IMG/VR virus record: IMGVR_UViG_3300006919_000061
Coordinates: 1 to 58,325 of that record
From: a virus
Taxonomy: Duplodnaviria; Caudoviricetes
Reading direction: 5' to 3' (one strand)
DNA length: 58,325 nucleotides
Shown here: in pieces, positions 13,311 through 22,939 of the stretch
Layout of the letters: every line of letters begins with the position of its first letter
How positions within the stretch are numbered: the stretch's first letter is position 1
Made by a program: the position numbers and the translations under genes
The notes under the pieces: model-generated
What the model was told of the DNA's origin: nothing
Seen by the model: the letters and a program-made list of their open reading frames with translations, nothing else
The model's database searches: none

Positions 13311-15333
13311 TACGCAAGAGTTCCGTAGGGCTGCTTTAGATTTTCAAAAGCAGGGCTACTACATTGACGCGCCTTCCGGCTCACAGGACTTCTACGAGTT
13401 CTGGACGGAAGAGCTGCGTCGTTGTAAGGAGGGCTACACTGTTGGCGACACCACTATCACCGGCAATCACTACTTCTATCTGAATTATGTGCAGATGAAG
13501 GTGATGGATAACGGCAATAAGAAAGGCGGTGCTGTCAAGAAGGTAGACTTTCCGGGGTTCTGGGACGGCGACTACGAGTACTTTTGGTTGATGGAGATTG
13601 CACGTAACGGCATGGAGAAGCAAGCAATGCTTGACCTCAAGCTGTCTACTAGTGTAAACGACGAGTGGCTTGACGGCGGGCACCACATGATTGTGGCTAA
13701 GGCGCGACGTAAGGGCTTCTCGTACAAGAACGCTGCTATCACGTGTAACCAGTTCAATACAATCAAGGACAGCTACACGCTGCTGTGCGCACACGACAAG
13801 AAGTACCTGTACCCCAAGGGTATCATGACAATGGCTGCGGCCAACATGGACTTCTTGAACGAGCACACTGGGTGGTCTAAGCGCCGCTCTGTGATTGACA
13901 AGCAGAACCACAAGAAGGCCAGCTACCTCGAGTACATCAACAACCAGCCTGTCGAGAAGGGCTACAAGTCTGAGGTAGAGGCTATTACATTTAAGGACAA
14001 TCCGGATGCTGCCCGTGGTAAGGACGCATCCCTTGTAATCTTCGAGGAGGCTGGAGCATTCCACAACCTGAAGGATACGTATATGGCCACTCGCCCTTGT
14101 GTTGAGGACGGTGGCATCACTACTGGCCAGATGATTATCTTCGGTACTGGTGGTGACATGGAGGGTGGTACCATTGACTTTGAGTCGATGTTCTACAACC
14201 CCGAACCCTATAATCTCCTCCCTGTCGAGAACGTCTGGGACGATGGCGGTCACGGAACCCACTGCGGTTGGTTCTTCCCTAGCTACGTCAACAAGGTCGG
14301 CTTCATGGACAAGGAGGGCAACTCACTAATTGAAGATGCCAAATTCCAAGAATCAACTAAACGGGAAAGTACTAAGCGGAACAGTAAGGATGCGAAAGTC
14401 TACGACAAGCTCATCACTGAATATCCTTGGAAACCCCGTGAAGCGTTCCTACAGTCAGGAAGCAACGTTTTCCCCACAGCGGAGCTGGTCAATCAAAGGA
14501 ACTTTATCGTCCGCTCGGGTACGACTTCTAAAGTTGGTACACCGGGTATACTCGTGGATGGGCAAGGTGGCCTTAAGTTTAAGCCGTCGGACCAAGTAAG
14601 ACCTGTAGAGAAGTTCCCTCACCAGAAGGGCGACAACATTACAGGGTGCGTGGTAGTCTACCAATCCCCTTATAGGGACGACGAGGGGCAGGTGCCTAAC
14701 AACCTGTACTTTATCGCGCATGACCCCTACGCGCACGACACGTCAGTAGGTAACTCCTTGGGCTCTGCCTACGTGCTGAAGCGTGCTAACCCGTGGAGCA
14801 AGCCAGACGACATGATTGTTGCTAGCTACGTGGGGCGTCCCGAGACACAGGACGAGTACAACGACAACCTATTCAAGCTTGCTGAATACTACAACGCCAA
14901 GATTGGATTCGAGAACGACCGAGGTAACGTCATTCCCTACGCTAAGCAGCACAAGAAACTGCACATGCTGATGGAAGAGGTGGCGCTGTTTGATAAGAGT
15001 AACAACTTCAAGGCGCGAGCCCTCGGACGTAACTACGGACTCTCTATGGGTAGCAAACACCGTAAGGCTCAGGCAGTTCTGTATCTGCGTGACTGGCTCC
15101 GTACCAAAAGAAGTATGGACGAAAATGGTGATAGTAAGCTAAACTTGCATTATATTTACGACGTAGGCCTCATCGATGAGCTTATCAAATGGAACGACAG
15201 GGGCAACTTCGACCGTGCGTCCTCGCTCCTAGTAGGTATGTTCTACATGATGGACCTGTTATCAAAGCCCGTGGTAAAGCAGGAGGTGGAGGAATCCCAT
15301 GACTCTTTCTTTAGCCGCGACTTTTTTACCTAA
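13300..15333 (+). CDS. terL: Terminase large subunit
   Basis: Walker A KARRKGFS, Walker B VIFEEAG, FGTGG, nuclease HDPY and GNFDR; 677 aa. Confidence 0.95.
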   Translation: MITNTQEFRRAALDFQKQGYYIDAPSGSQDFYEFWTEELRRCKEGYTVGDTTITGNHYFYLNYVQMKVMDNGNKKGGAVKKVDFPGFWDGDYEYFWLMEIARNGMEKQAMLDLKLSTSVNDEWLDGGHHMIVAKARRKGFSYKNAAITCNQFNTIKDSYTLLCAHDKKYLYPKGIMTMAAANMDFLNEHTGWSKRRSVIDKQNHKKASYLEYINNQPVEKGYKSEVEAITFKDNPDAARGKDASLVIFEEAGAFHNLKDTYMATRPCVEDGGITTGQMIIFGTGGDMEGGTIDFESMFYNPEPYNLLPVENVWDDGGHGTHCGWFFPSYVNKVGFMDKEGNSLIEDAKFQESTKRESTKRNSKDAKVYDKLITEYPWKPREAFLQSGSNVFPTAELVNQRNFIVRSGTTSKVGTPGILVDGQGGLKFKPSDQVRPVEKFPHQKGDNITGCVVVYQSPYRDDEGQVPNNLYFIAHDPYAHDTSVGNSLGSAYVLKRANPWSKPDDMIVASYVGRPETQDEYNDNLFKLAEYYNAKIGFENDRGNVIPYAKQHKKLHMLMEEVALFDKSNNFKARALGRNYGLSMGSKHRKAQAVLYLRDWLRTKRSMDENGDSKLNLHYIYDVGLIDELIKWNDRGNFDRASSLLVGMFYMMDLLSKPVVKQEVEESHDSFFSRDFFT

Positions 15334-15336
15334 GAC

Positions 15337-17484
15337 ATGAGCGACAACAACAAGCACATTCCACGTCAGAAACTTAAGTCTACTAAGAAGACTAAGCAGT
15401 GGCGCAAAGACTGCGTGGAAGGTTATATTAATCAATCTACGTTCCTGCAGAACTCCAAGTCGGACTTGCTGCGGTACTACGAAGCCTACAACGGCTCGTT
15501 GAACGAGAAAGACTACAACTACGTTACCAACCCGTACAACTCTCAGGCTGGTAAGAAGCGGAACTTCCCCGCTAAGCTGCGTAACTACAACATCATTAAG
15601 CCGGTCGTTGACCTGCTGTTGGGTGAAAAGACGCAGCGCCCATCTAACTATACAGTGACTGTGACCAATGGTGACGCTGTGAGCAAGATGGAAGAAGAGA
15701 AGCAGAAGCAGATTGTCCAGAGCCTGCAACAGATGTTCATCAACGAGCTCAATGCTCAGGGTATGAACACGGGCGTTGACTCCCAAGAGGTGGAGACGCC
15801 AGAGCAGGTAGCTAAGTATATGGACACCACGTACCAAGACTCACGTGCTATCGTGGGTCAGCAAGTACTCAATTACCTTCGTGACTACCTCGACTTGCCG
15901 GACAAGTTACAGGCGGCGTTCTTCGACTGGTTGGTATCAGGATATGTCTACACCTACAAGGGCGTGTGCATGGATGAGGTTGAGTATGACGTGGTGTCCC
16001 CCCTTGACCTCGACTACAGCAAGTCTCCCGGCATCGAGTTTATCGAAGACGGAGACTGGGCAGTTCGGCGCGAGCTGATGTCCAGCAATGCTGTGCTCGA
16101 CCAGTTCTATGACTTGCTAAATGAACAGCAGGTTTCTCAGATTGAAAGCCCCCATCGCAATCGCAGTGGTAGCTTCTCTGTCCCATTCCTCCAGCGCGTC
16201 GAAGAAAACTTCGGCGATGACGAGCGTTTTGTCGAAGTGATGCACGTTTGCTGGAAGTCGTTCAAGAAGGTTGGCGTGCTGACGTACGTTGACGAGTTTG
16301 GTGTCGCTCAAGAGCTCATGGTTGACGACACCTACAAGATGGACAAGGATAGCGGAGAGGAGCTGGAATGGTTCTGGGTCAACGAGGTGTGGGAAGGTTA
16401 CCGTATTGACGGTGATATCTTTATTGGCATTGAGCCTGTGGAGGCGCAGCGTAACGCAATGAGTAATATCTCTCAGTGCAAGCTGCCGTACAACGGACGT
16501 GCGTACAGCAACCGCCACGCTGAGAACATCAGCATCGTGAGCATGGGCATGCCGTACCAGATTCTGTACAACGTGTTCCACTACCGCATGGAGCTCACGA
16601 TTGCCAAGAACAAAGATAAGATTGCGCTCATCGAGATGAACACTATCCCGAAGCGCCATGGCTGGGACGAGGAGAAGTTTATGTACTACGCTGACGCTAT
16701 GGGCTTCGCGTTCATTGACTCCACTGCGGAGGGCAAGAACAACGAGCGGGTTAGTTTCAACCAGTACCAAGTCCTTGACATGTCCCTCGGTCAGTATATC
16801 GCTGCCCAGATGCAACTGCTCCAAGCTATCAAGCAGGAGTGGGAGGAGCTGCTTGGCATTAGCCGCCAGCGTAAGGGACAGATTACTGCCTCTGACGGTG
16901 CAGGTACGACGGAGAATGCTATCGCTCAGTCCACGGCAATGACCGAGGAAATCTTCCGTAAGTTCGAGAAGTTCGAGCAGAAGGAAATGCAGGGCCTGCT
17001 GGATGTCAGTAAGCACGCGTTCCGGGAAGGCAAGAAGATTCAGTACATCGCTGACGACTACCGCAACAAGTGGTTGGACATCGACGGCGCACAGTACAGC
17101 GAGAGCGAGTTCGGCATCTTTGCCAAGAACGCTAGCAAGGAGAACGAGAAGATTCGCACCATGCGGCAGATGGCTATGTCGTTTGCACAGAACGGTACGG
17201 GCGCTGGTACTATTGCTGAGATTCTTGACGCTGACAACTTTGCACGCATCAAGCAGCTTGCTAACAAAGCTGAGAAGAAGCAGGAAGAGTTGCAGCAGAT
17301 GCAGCAGCAGGCAGCTCAGCAACTGGAGCAGTCTAAAGCGCAGGCTGAGCAGAATAAGCTTCAGATGGAGCAGGCCTTTGAAGGTGAGCAAAACCAGCTG
17401 GACCGAGACAATAAGATTCAGGTCGCTACTATCAACGCGGTGTCTAAAGATACCGACCACGATAACGACGGAAAGACGGATTAA
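15337..17484 (+). CDS. Portal protein
   Basis: 715 aa directly after TerL; NYNIIKPVVDLLLGE, WVNEVWEGYRI, KLPYNGR, GISRQRKG; C-terminal coiled coil. Confidence 0.92.
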   Translation: MSDNNKHIPRQKLKSTKKTKQWRKDCVEGYINQSTFLQNSKSDLLRYYEAYNGSLNEKDYNYVTNPYNSQAGKKRNFPAKLRNYNIIKPVVDLLLGEKTQRPSNYTVTVTNGDAVSKMEEEKQKQIVQSLQQMFINELNAQGMNTGVDSQEVETPEQVAKYMDTTYQDSRAIVGQQVLNYLRDYLDLPDKLQAAFFDWLVSGYVYTYKGVCMDEVEYDVVSPLDLDYSKSPGIEFIEDGDWAVRRELMSSNAVLDQFYDLLNEQQVSQIESPHRNRSGSFSVPFLQRVEENFGDDERFVEVMHVCWKSFKKVGVLTYVDEFGVAQELMVDDTYKMDKDSGEELEWFWVNEVWEGYRIDGDIFIGIEPVEAQRNAMSNISQCKLPYNGRAYSNRHAENISIVSMGMPYQILYNVFHYRMELTIAKNKDKIALIEMNTIPKRHGWDEEKFMYYADAMGFAFIDSTAEGKNNERVSFNQYQVLDMSLGQYIAAQMQLLQAIKQEWEELLGISRQRKGQITASDGAGTTENAIAQSTAMTEEIFRKFEKFEQKEMQGLLDVSKHAFREGKKIQYIADDYRNKWLDIDGAQYSESEFGIFAKNASKENEKIRTMRQMAMSFAQNGTGAGTIAEILDADNFARIKQLANKAEKKQEELQQMQQQAAQQLEQSKAQAEQNKLQMEQAFEGEQNQLDRDNKIQVATINAVSKDTDHDNDGKTD

Positions 17485-17515
17485 AAGTCCGATAGATAAT
17501 AAATCATACGAATCG

Positions 17516-17547
17516 CTTGTATGAGTGGAGCGTATGTGTTAACTTCA
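17516..17547 (+). promoter_or_regulatory. Possible host-type promoter for scaffold/capsid genes
   Basis: CTTG-N20-TAACTTCA upstream of ATG 17555. Confidence 0.4.
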
Positions 17548-17554
17548 CAACAGA

Positions 17555-18667
17555 ATGTCAGAAAACAAAGGTCTGGGCATCGACAACCTCGGTTCCGTCG
17601 ATTGGCTAAATGACAGCTCTCCGGCACCCAAAGAGGCGGAGACCCAACAAGAGCAAGTGGCTGAGCCCAGTGAGGCAGCCCCTGAGACGACGGAAGTAGA
17701 GGCAGCAGAGCCGACCACCGAAGTCCCCGTAGAAGAAACCCCCGAGGTTCAGAACGAAGTCGAAGAGACCGTTGATGAGCCTGTGGCAGATGAACCAGTT
17801 GCGGAAGCAGCTGAGCCTAGCGTTGAAGACGCTGGCATGTTCGCCACACTCGGCGCTAAGCTGGGTTATGAAGTGGAGGGTGACTTCTCTGAGGACTACG
17901 ACGGACTCGCTGAGTACACAACCGCCGTAGGACAACAGATTGCTAACGAGCAGCTGGAGAAGATTTTCGCAACAATGCCTGACGTCAAGGAGTACTACGA
18001 GTATCGCGCCAACAATGGTGACCCGCTCAAGTACTTTGAGGCACAGCAAGCCGAGATGGACTACCACAACGTAGACATCCAGAATGAAGCAATCCAAAAG
18101 CGGGTTCTCATTGACGGCATGCGGCAGCAGGGCTTTGGTGACGAGGACATCGCACGTATGGTAGAGTCTTACGAGGACGCCGGCATTTTGGCTGATAACG
18201 CAAACATTTACTTGCGTCAGCTGCAGGCTACTCAGGGACAGCGCAAGCAACAGCTTCTCGCTCAGCAAGAGCAGGAGGCGGTTCAGCAACGCGCGGCTGC
18301 AGAAGAGTACTGGAACAATGTGCAGTCTACTATCAACCAAGGCAACTTGAAAGGTATGCAGATTCCAACGCGTCAGCGAGGCAAGTTTTACGAGTGGATG
18401 ACCACTCCAGTAAACGAGCAGGGCTTTACGCAGCGGGACCTCGACCGTCAAAATATTGACCAAGAGACGGCTCTTGCCGTAGAGTACTTGCTCTACCAAG
18501 GGTTTGACCTGAAGAAACTGGCGTCGAACGCGGCGTCTACTCAGAAGGTTTCGGCTCTTAAGTCTAAACTCACTGCTGCTCCGAGTGCGGGTAGCCGTAT
18601 GAAGTCCCGCACTAAATCGGGCACAACTAAGGCGAACACGATTCCTTCTCTGAAGGACTTGCTGTAA
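17555..18667 (+). CDS. Scaffold-like protein
   Basis: Acidic E/P/A-rich N-terminus and helical core, located between portal and MCP. Confidence 0.75.
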   Translation: MSENKGLGIDNLGSVDWLNDSSPAPKEAETQQEQVAEPSEAAPETTEVEAAEPTTEVPVEETPEVQNEVEETVDEPVADEPVAEAAEPSVEDAGMFATLGAKLGYEVEGDFSEDYDGLAEYTTAVGQQIANEQLEKIFATMPDVKEYYEYRANNGDPLKYFEAQQAEMDYHNVDIQNEAIQKRVLIDGMRQQGFGDEDIARMVESYEDAGILADNANIYLRQLQATQGQRKQQLLAQQEQEAVQQRAAAEEYWNNVQSTINQGNLKGMQIPTRQRGKFYEWMTTPVNEQGFTQRDLDRQNIDQETALAVEYLLYQGFDLKKLASNAASTQKVSALKSKLTAAPSAGSRMKSRTKSGTTKANTIPSLKDLL

Positions 18668-18690
18668 GCCCGCAAATCTAATAATCAGTC

Positions 18691-20118
18691 ATGGCTGATA
18701 ATCTGAAGAAGTTGCGGTTGTATGAGGATACCTTCAACAGCGAAGGTATGACCGACGAGAACTCGTTGGCTAATGCTCTCCTTACTCAACCCGACGTTTT
18801 GTCCCCGGTGATTACTCACCTCAGCGGACGTGAAGACAAGCGTTTCCCCCTGTCCTTCCTCACTGAGGGTCTCGGAAACGTTAAGTACATCAACGACATC
18901 GAGTATGATTACCCGGTGATGGGACGCATCAACAAGTCTGTTGCTGCTGTTGCCAACACGGACATCTCTGTTGCTGGTGGTACGGTTACCTTTGCCGAGC
19001 GTTGGTTCAACAAGAACTACGTTATCGAATTCGGTGACACCAACAACACGCAGCTGCGTATCACGGGTGACCCCACCCCCGGTGCCGGCGGATTCGTGTA
19101 TCCTGTCCAGCTCGTGACGTCCGATAGCTCTGCTACGGTTTCTTCGTCCGACCTCGCTGGCATCCTCGCAGTTCAGCTGTTCGCTGCTAACGCCTTCTCC
19201 GGAAGCCGTGGCACCGAGAGCAACTGGGTGGCTCCGTCCAAAATGCGCAACCAGATTTCTCTGCTGCGTAAGTCTTACCGCTACGAGGGCAACATGCCTG
19301 ACCGCGTTGTGAACTTCGAGTTCAACGTCGGTGGTCGCACGACCAACTTGTGGTACGATTTTGAGGAGTACCAGCACATGCTGCGTTGGAAGGAGGAGTG
19401 CGAGCTTGCCATGTGGTACAGCAAGTACAACCGCGACGCTAACGGTGTTATCCACCAGACTGACGAGAACGGAAAGCCTGTGCCTCTCGGTTCCGGTGTG
19501 CTCGAGCAGATTCCTAACGTTGATACTTACAGCCAGTTGACTGCTGCTAAGTTGAAGTCTGTTGTGCGTGACGCTCTCTATGGAGCTTCTGACGCTGCTC
19601 AGATGAACATCGTTCTCTTCACCGGCCTCGGTGGTATGGAGGAGTTCGACAACGCTATGAAGGAAGAAGTGTCTACTGGTGCTTACATCAAGAACACTGA
19701 CCCTGCTAGCTTCATCAGCGGAAGCGGTCGTAACCTGAGCCTCGGTGGATTCTTCACCCAGTACCAGCACATCGACGGACACACCATCACGGTGCGCCAC
19801 TTGCCTTTGTTCGACCACGGTGCTCGTGCCTTGGCTTCCGAGCGTCACCCTGTTACGGGTCTCCCAATGGAGAGCTACCGCATGGTGTTCCTCGACATGT
19901 CTGTCTACGACGGAGAGAACAACGTTGCAATGGTAACGCGTAAGGGCCGTGAGCTCATGCGTTGGGCTGTTGCTGGTGCTAGCGTGCCTCCCGGATTCGG
20001 TGGTAACGCTCTCCGCGCTACTGACGTTGACGGCGCCGCTGTCCACTTCCTGAAGGAAGCTGGTATCAGCATCCGCCGCGCTACGAACTGCCTGCACCTC
20101 GAGTGCGTGGCTAGCTAA
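18691..20118 (+). CDS. Major capsid protein (HK97 fold, crAss-like)
   Basis: 475 aa; MTDENSL, FPLSFLTEG, GSGVLEQI, LFTGLGGMEEF, HLPLFD; extreme codon bias; strong terminator follows. Confidence 0.93.
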   Translation: MADNLKKLRLYEDTFNSEGMTDENSLANALLTQPDVLSPVITHLSGREDKRFPLSFLTEGLGNVKYINDIEYDYPVMGRINKSVAAVANTDISVAGGTVTFAERWFNKNYVIEFGDTNNTQLRITGDPTPGAGGFVYPVQLVTSDSSATVSSSDLAGILAVQLFAANAFSGSRGTESNWVAPSKMRNQISLLRKSYRYEGNMPDRVVNFEFNVGGRTTNLWYDFEEYQHMLRWKEECELAMWYSKYNRDANGVIHQTDENGKPVPLGSGVLEQIPNVDTYSQLTAAKLKSVVRDALYGASDAAQMNIVLFTGLGGMEEFDNAMKEEVSTGAYIKNTDPASFISGSGRNLSLGGFFTQYQHIDGHTITVRHLPLFDHGARALASERHPVTGLPMESYRMVFLDMSVYDGENNVAMVTRKGRELMRWAVAGASVPPGFGGNALRATDVDGAAVHFLKEAGISIRRATNCLHLECVAS

Positions 20119-20136
20119 TCGTAGTCTAATTCTTAC

Positions 20137-20183
20137 AAAAGGGGGAGGGTCGTTTGGACTCTCCCCTTTTTTGTTTATATTAG
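20137..20183 (+). terminator. Terminator after MCP overlapping the next promoter
   Basis: GGGGAGGGTC-GTTTG-GACTCTCCCC-TTTTTT; TTTG(20153)-N19-TATATTAG(20176-20183). Confidence 0.85.
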
Positions 20184-20186
20184 TAT

Positions 20187-20468
20187 ATGCCTGCTGCTAA
20201 AAAGAAATCTTCAAGTAAGAAGAAAGGCGCCATGAAAGGCTGCAACATCAAGAATGGTTGCAAGTCTAAGAAGGGCGGCTTGACTGCTAAGGGCCGCAAG
20301 CGCATCAATCGAAAAACTGGTAGCAACCTTAAGGCTCCTCAACCGGGCGGAGGCGCTCGCAAGAAATCTTATTGCGCTCGCTCTGCTGGACAAATGAAGA
20401 AGTTTCCTAAGGCTGCTAAGAACCCTAACTCACGTTTGCGCAAAGCCCGTAAGCGCTGGAAATGCTAA
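20187..20468 (+). CDS. Small highly basic protein
   Basis: KGGLTAKGRK...NLKAP...RKKSYCARSAG...PNSRLRKARKRWKC, a recurrent phage small-protein pattern. Confidence 0.85.
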   Translation: MPAAKKKSSSKKKGAMKGCNIKNGCKSKKGGLTAKGRKRINRKTGSNLKAPQPGGGARKKSYCARSAGQMKKFPKAAKNPNSRLRKARKRWKC

Positions 20469-20472
20469 CAGC

Positions 20473-20718
20473 ATGAAAAAGAAGATTAGTCAAGTCAAGT
20501 CTGCTAAAGACATGTACAAGTACGGCGGCATGACCAAGGGAGAGATGATGCTGCACGGCGGCAACACTAAGCCTATGGGCAAGTTTAACGGGCACCGTTG
20601 CGAGAAGCGTAACATGTGCGAGAACATGACGGGCTACAAGTTTGACGCTAACGGCGTTGGAACTCGTGGTACCAAGAGCGCCGCTAAGCCTCGTCCTAAG
20701 AACTACACCGGGAAGTAA
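20473..20718 (+). CDS. Small basic protein
   Basis: 81 aa, K/G/M-rich, with YKYGG and MLHGG motifs. Confidence 0.7.
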   Translation: MKKKISQVKSAKDMYKYGGMTKGEMMLHGGNTKPMGKFNGHRCEKRNMCENMTGYKFDANGVGTRGTKSAAKPRPKNYTGK

Positions 20719-20885
20719 TGGGTAAGTTGTGTGCACGCGGCAAGGCTGCCGCCAAGCGTAAGTACAAAGTGTACCCGTCTGCGTACGCCAACGGCTATGC
20801 TGTGCAGGTGTGCAAGGGTACTAAGCCTGACTCTTCTGGTAAGAAGAAGACGGCCTCTGGCTACAAAAAGAAGCGGAAGAAGTGA
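20718..20885 (+). CDS. 55-aa basic protein with YPSAYANG motif (not in supplied track)
   Basis: MGKLCARGKAAAKRKYKVYPSAYANGYAVQVCKG...; TAATG and GTGA overlaps with neighbours. Confidence 0.85.
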   Translation: MGKLCARGKAAAKRKYKVYPSAYANGYAVQVCKGTKPDSSGKKKTASGYKKKRKK

Positions 20886-21148
20886 GCCTTCGCCGCTGGT
20901 TTAAGGAGGACTGGAAAGATGTCCGTACTGGTAAGTCATGTGGGCGTAAGTCTGCAAAGGGTGGCTCGGACCGGCCGTACCCATACTGTCGTCCAAGCAA
21001 GCGTGTTAATTCTAAGACCCCCAAGACGTCCGGTGAGATGTCTAAGTCCGAGAAGCGTAGCAAGGTTCGCGAAAAGGCTAGTAAAGCAAACGCCGGCAAG
21101 AAGCCAGACCGCGTGTCTTCCACTAAGCGCCGCACCCGTAAGAAGTAA
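20882..21148 (+). CDS. Small basic protein (LxRWFKExW...YPYCRP type)
   Basis: SLRRWFKEDWKDV...CGRK...YPYCRPSKRVNSKTPKT. Confidence 0.85.
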   Translation: MSLRRWFKEDWKDVRTGKSCGRKSAKGGSDRPYPYCRPSKRVNSKTPKTSGEMSKSEKRSKVREKASKANAGKKPDRVSSTKRRTRKK

Positions 21149-21180
21149 TTTGGTATATTGATACAGCTTATGTATCTTAG
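21149..21180 (+). promoter_or_regulatory. Host-type promoter
   Basis: TTTG-N20-TATCTTAG. Confidence 0.55.
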
Positions 21181-21225
21181 TTGCACAGAATGACCCTGTT
21201 GGGTCTTTTATAGCAACATCTAGAT

Positions 21226-22020
21226 ATGCAGAAGACTGTATTTATTTACCGTCGTCCGAACACGACTAATCTCCCGGACGATGTTTACGTGGAAGCTAAG
21301 CGACGCATTGGCTCCGTATACACCAAAGGTGGTGACATCCTCAAGGGATTGACCATCGCTGAGCAGAAGAAGTGGCTCCCCGAAATTCTTGGCATTGCAC
21401 CGACCGAAGCTGGTTGGGCTAAGGAGGCTCGCCGCTACTTTGCAAACCTGACTATTGAAGTTCCCGCTGAAGGCGTTACGCTCAACATCGCTATGGATGA
21501 GGAGGGCAACCCTATCAACGTGGTTGACTACATCAAGTACCGTTTCGCTATGGACCATCCGCACGTTTCTACGGATGAGAACAGCAACGCCGGACGTTAC
21601 TTTATTTCCGACCCGCAGAAAGAAGAGGCTGCTGCTGTTGCAGATACCCGTTTGCGTAAGGATGCTTACAAGCAACTTATTCTCTTGGGCGATGACGCTG
21701 ACCGCGCTATCCTTGTGCTTAAGGCCGCTGGTGTGCGCACCGCTGACCTGACGCCGCAACAGGTTGAGTTGGAGCTTGAAGACATGCTAGAAGATAACCC
21801 GAACGAGTTTATCCGCATTTGTACTGACAAGAACCTTGACACTGTCGCCCTGATTTGGGATTGCGTCGAGGCCGGCGTGATTCGTAAGAGCGGCAACACC
21901 TTCTTGTTTGGTGACGAAGTTCTTGGAGATGACATGGAGCAGGCAATTCGTTTCCTTGGTCTCAAGAAGAACAGCTCTATGCTGTTGGACATCAAAGCTA
22001 AGCTCAAGGCTTTTAGCTAA
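21226..22020 (+). CDS. Conserved crAss-like protein downstream of MCP
   Basis: 264 aa; PINVVDYIKYRF...HPHV and GVIRKSGNTF...LG motifs; synteny. Confidence 0.8.
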   Translation: MQKTVFIYRRPNTTNLPDDVYVEAKRRIGSVYTKGGDILKGLTIAEQKKWLPEILGIAPTEAGWAKEARRYFANLTIEVPAEGVTLNIAMDEEGNPINVVDYIKYRFAMDHPHVSTDENSNAGRYFISDPQKEEAAAVADTRLRKDAYKQLILLGDDADRAILVLKAAGVRTADLTPQQVELELEDMLEDNPNEFIRICTDKNLDTVALIWDCVEAGVIRKSGNTFLFGDEVLGDDMEQAIRFLGLKKNSSMLLDIKAKLKAFS

Positions 22021-22041
22021 TAGTCCTATAGGTTCCAGTGG

Positions 22042-22086
22042 AAAGGGCTCGTCATTTGGTTGGCGGGCCCTTTTTGTGTACCTTAG
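22042..22086 (+). terminator. Terminator overlapping a host-type promoter
   Basis: AGGGCTCGTCA-TTTGGT-TGGCGGGCCCT-TTTT; TTTG(22055)-N20-TACCTTAG(22079-22086). Confidence 0.8.
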
Positions 22087-22110
22087 TGCTGGAATCGTAA
22101 TACTTTCAGG

Positions 22111-22938
22111 ATGGCAAGAAATAACTCAAAAGTCATCTATCAGGGTAAACCAATCTACTTTGATGATGCTAATGAGGCACGCTTAATGCGTGACCTAATC
22201 GATGGCACTGCAACAAGTGACAACGAAAGAACACGGGATACGCAAACGGAAATAGACGCAGCGTTAGCCGCAGGGCTTGCGGGGCAAGCTGGCTATGAAC
22301 ACACGGGCGCATTCGCTGACAAACCCCTTAGTAATAACTACGTCTGGCAAGCCGGAGGTGGTATTAATATTTCGCAAGCAGAAGTAGACGCAGGTACATA
22401 CAAGGTGTTTTCCCTTAGCAGCGCAGTACACGCAGCGGTAGACAACCCGTACTGGACTGACCCCACTCCTACAGGCGTTACAGGCATTGGACTGTTCCAA
22501 GGTGCAAACCTGCCCAATGGGGTAAATGGTTTGTTTGACTTTGACTATGACTATGACGTCGAGTATCCTACCTCATCAGGCACTGGGTATGAAGGAAGCA
22601 CTGGTCGTATTGACCTTAGCGATTTGCGTCCCGGAGACCAGCTTCGCGTGCGCTTTGACTTTAACGCTATTCCACAGATTGCAAACACTACGATTGAGCC
22701 AGCCCTCTGGTACTCAAACCGTAATGCGTCAGACGACATCACGTTTACTTTTCCCCTGACTTCACAGCCTGTATTCTACGGAACAGGTACGGTAGGTAAC
22801 ACATACCTTAACCGTGTAGAGCTTAGCGCTTGGATTGCATCCGAAGAAGACGTTAACTCGCTGTCCTTGCCTGCTATCAAGTCTGACAACCCAATCACCA
22901 TCCAGCCCCTTGGTATGCTGGTAACAATCATTCGATAA
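22111..22938 (+). CDS. Putative virion decoration or fibre-associated protein
   Basis: 275 aa, beta-rich, within the structural module. Confidence 0.7.
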   Translation: MARNNSKVIYQGKPIYFDDANEARLMRDLIDGTATSDNERTRDTQTEIDAALAAGLAGQAGYEHTGAFADKPLSNNYVWQAGGGINISQAEVDAGTYKVFSLSSAVHAAVDNPYWTDPTPTGVTGIGLFQGANLPNGVNGLFDFDYDYDVEYPTSSGTGYEGSTGRIDLSDLRPGDQLRVRFDFNAIPQIANTTIEPALWYSNRNASDDITFTFPLTSQPVFYGTGTVGNTYLNRVELSAWIASEEDVNSLSLPAIKSDNPITIQPLGMLVTIIR

Positions 22939-22939
22939 C

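Noticed and set aside
13300-20118. Introns or inteins in TerL, portal or MCP, as found in some Crassvirales
   Set aside because: The ORFs are continuous and of ordinary length, with no intein or homing-endonuclease motifs seen
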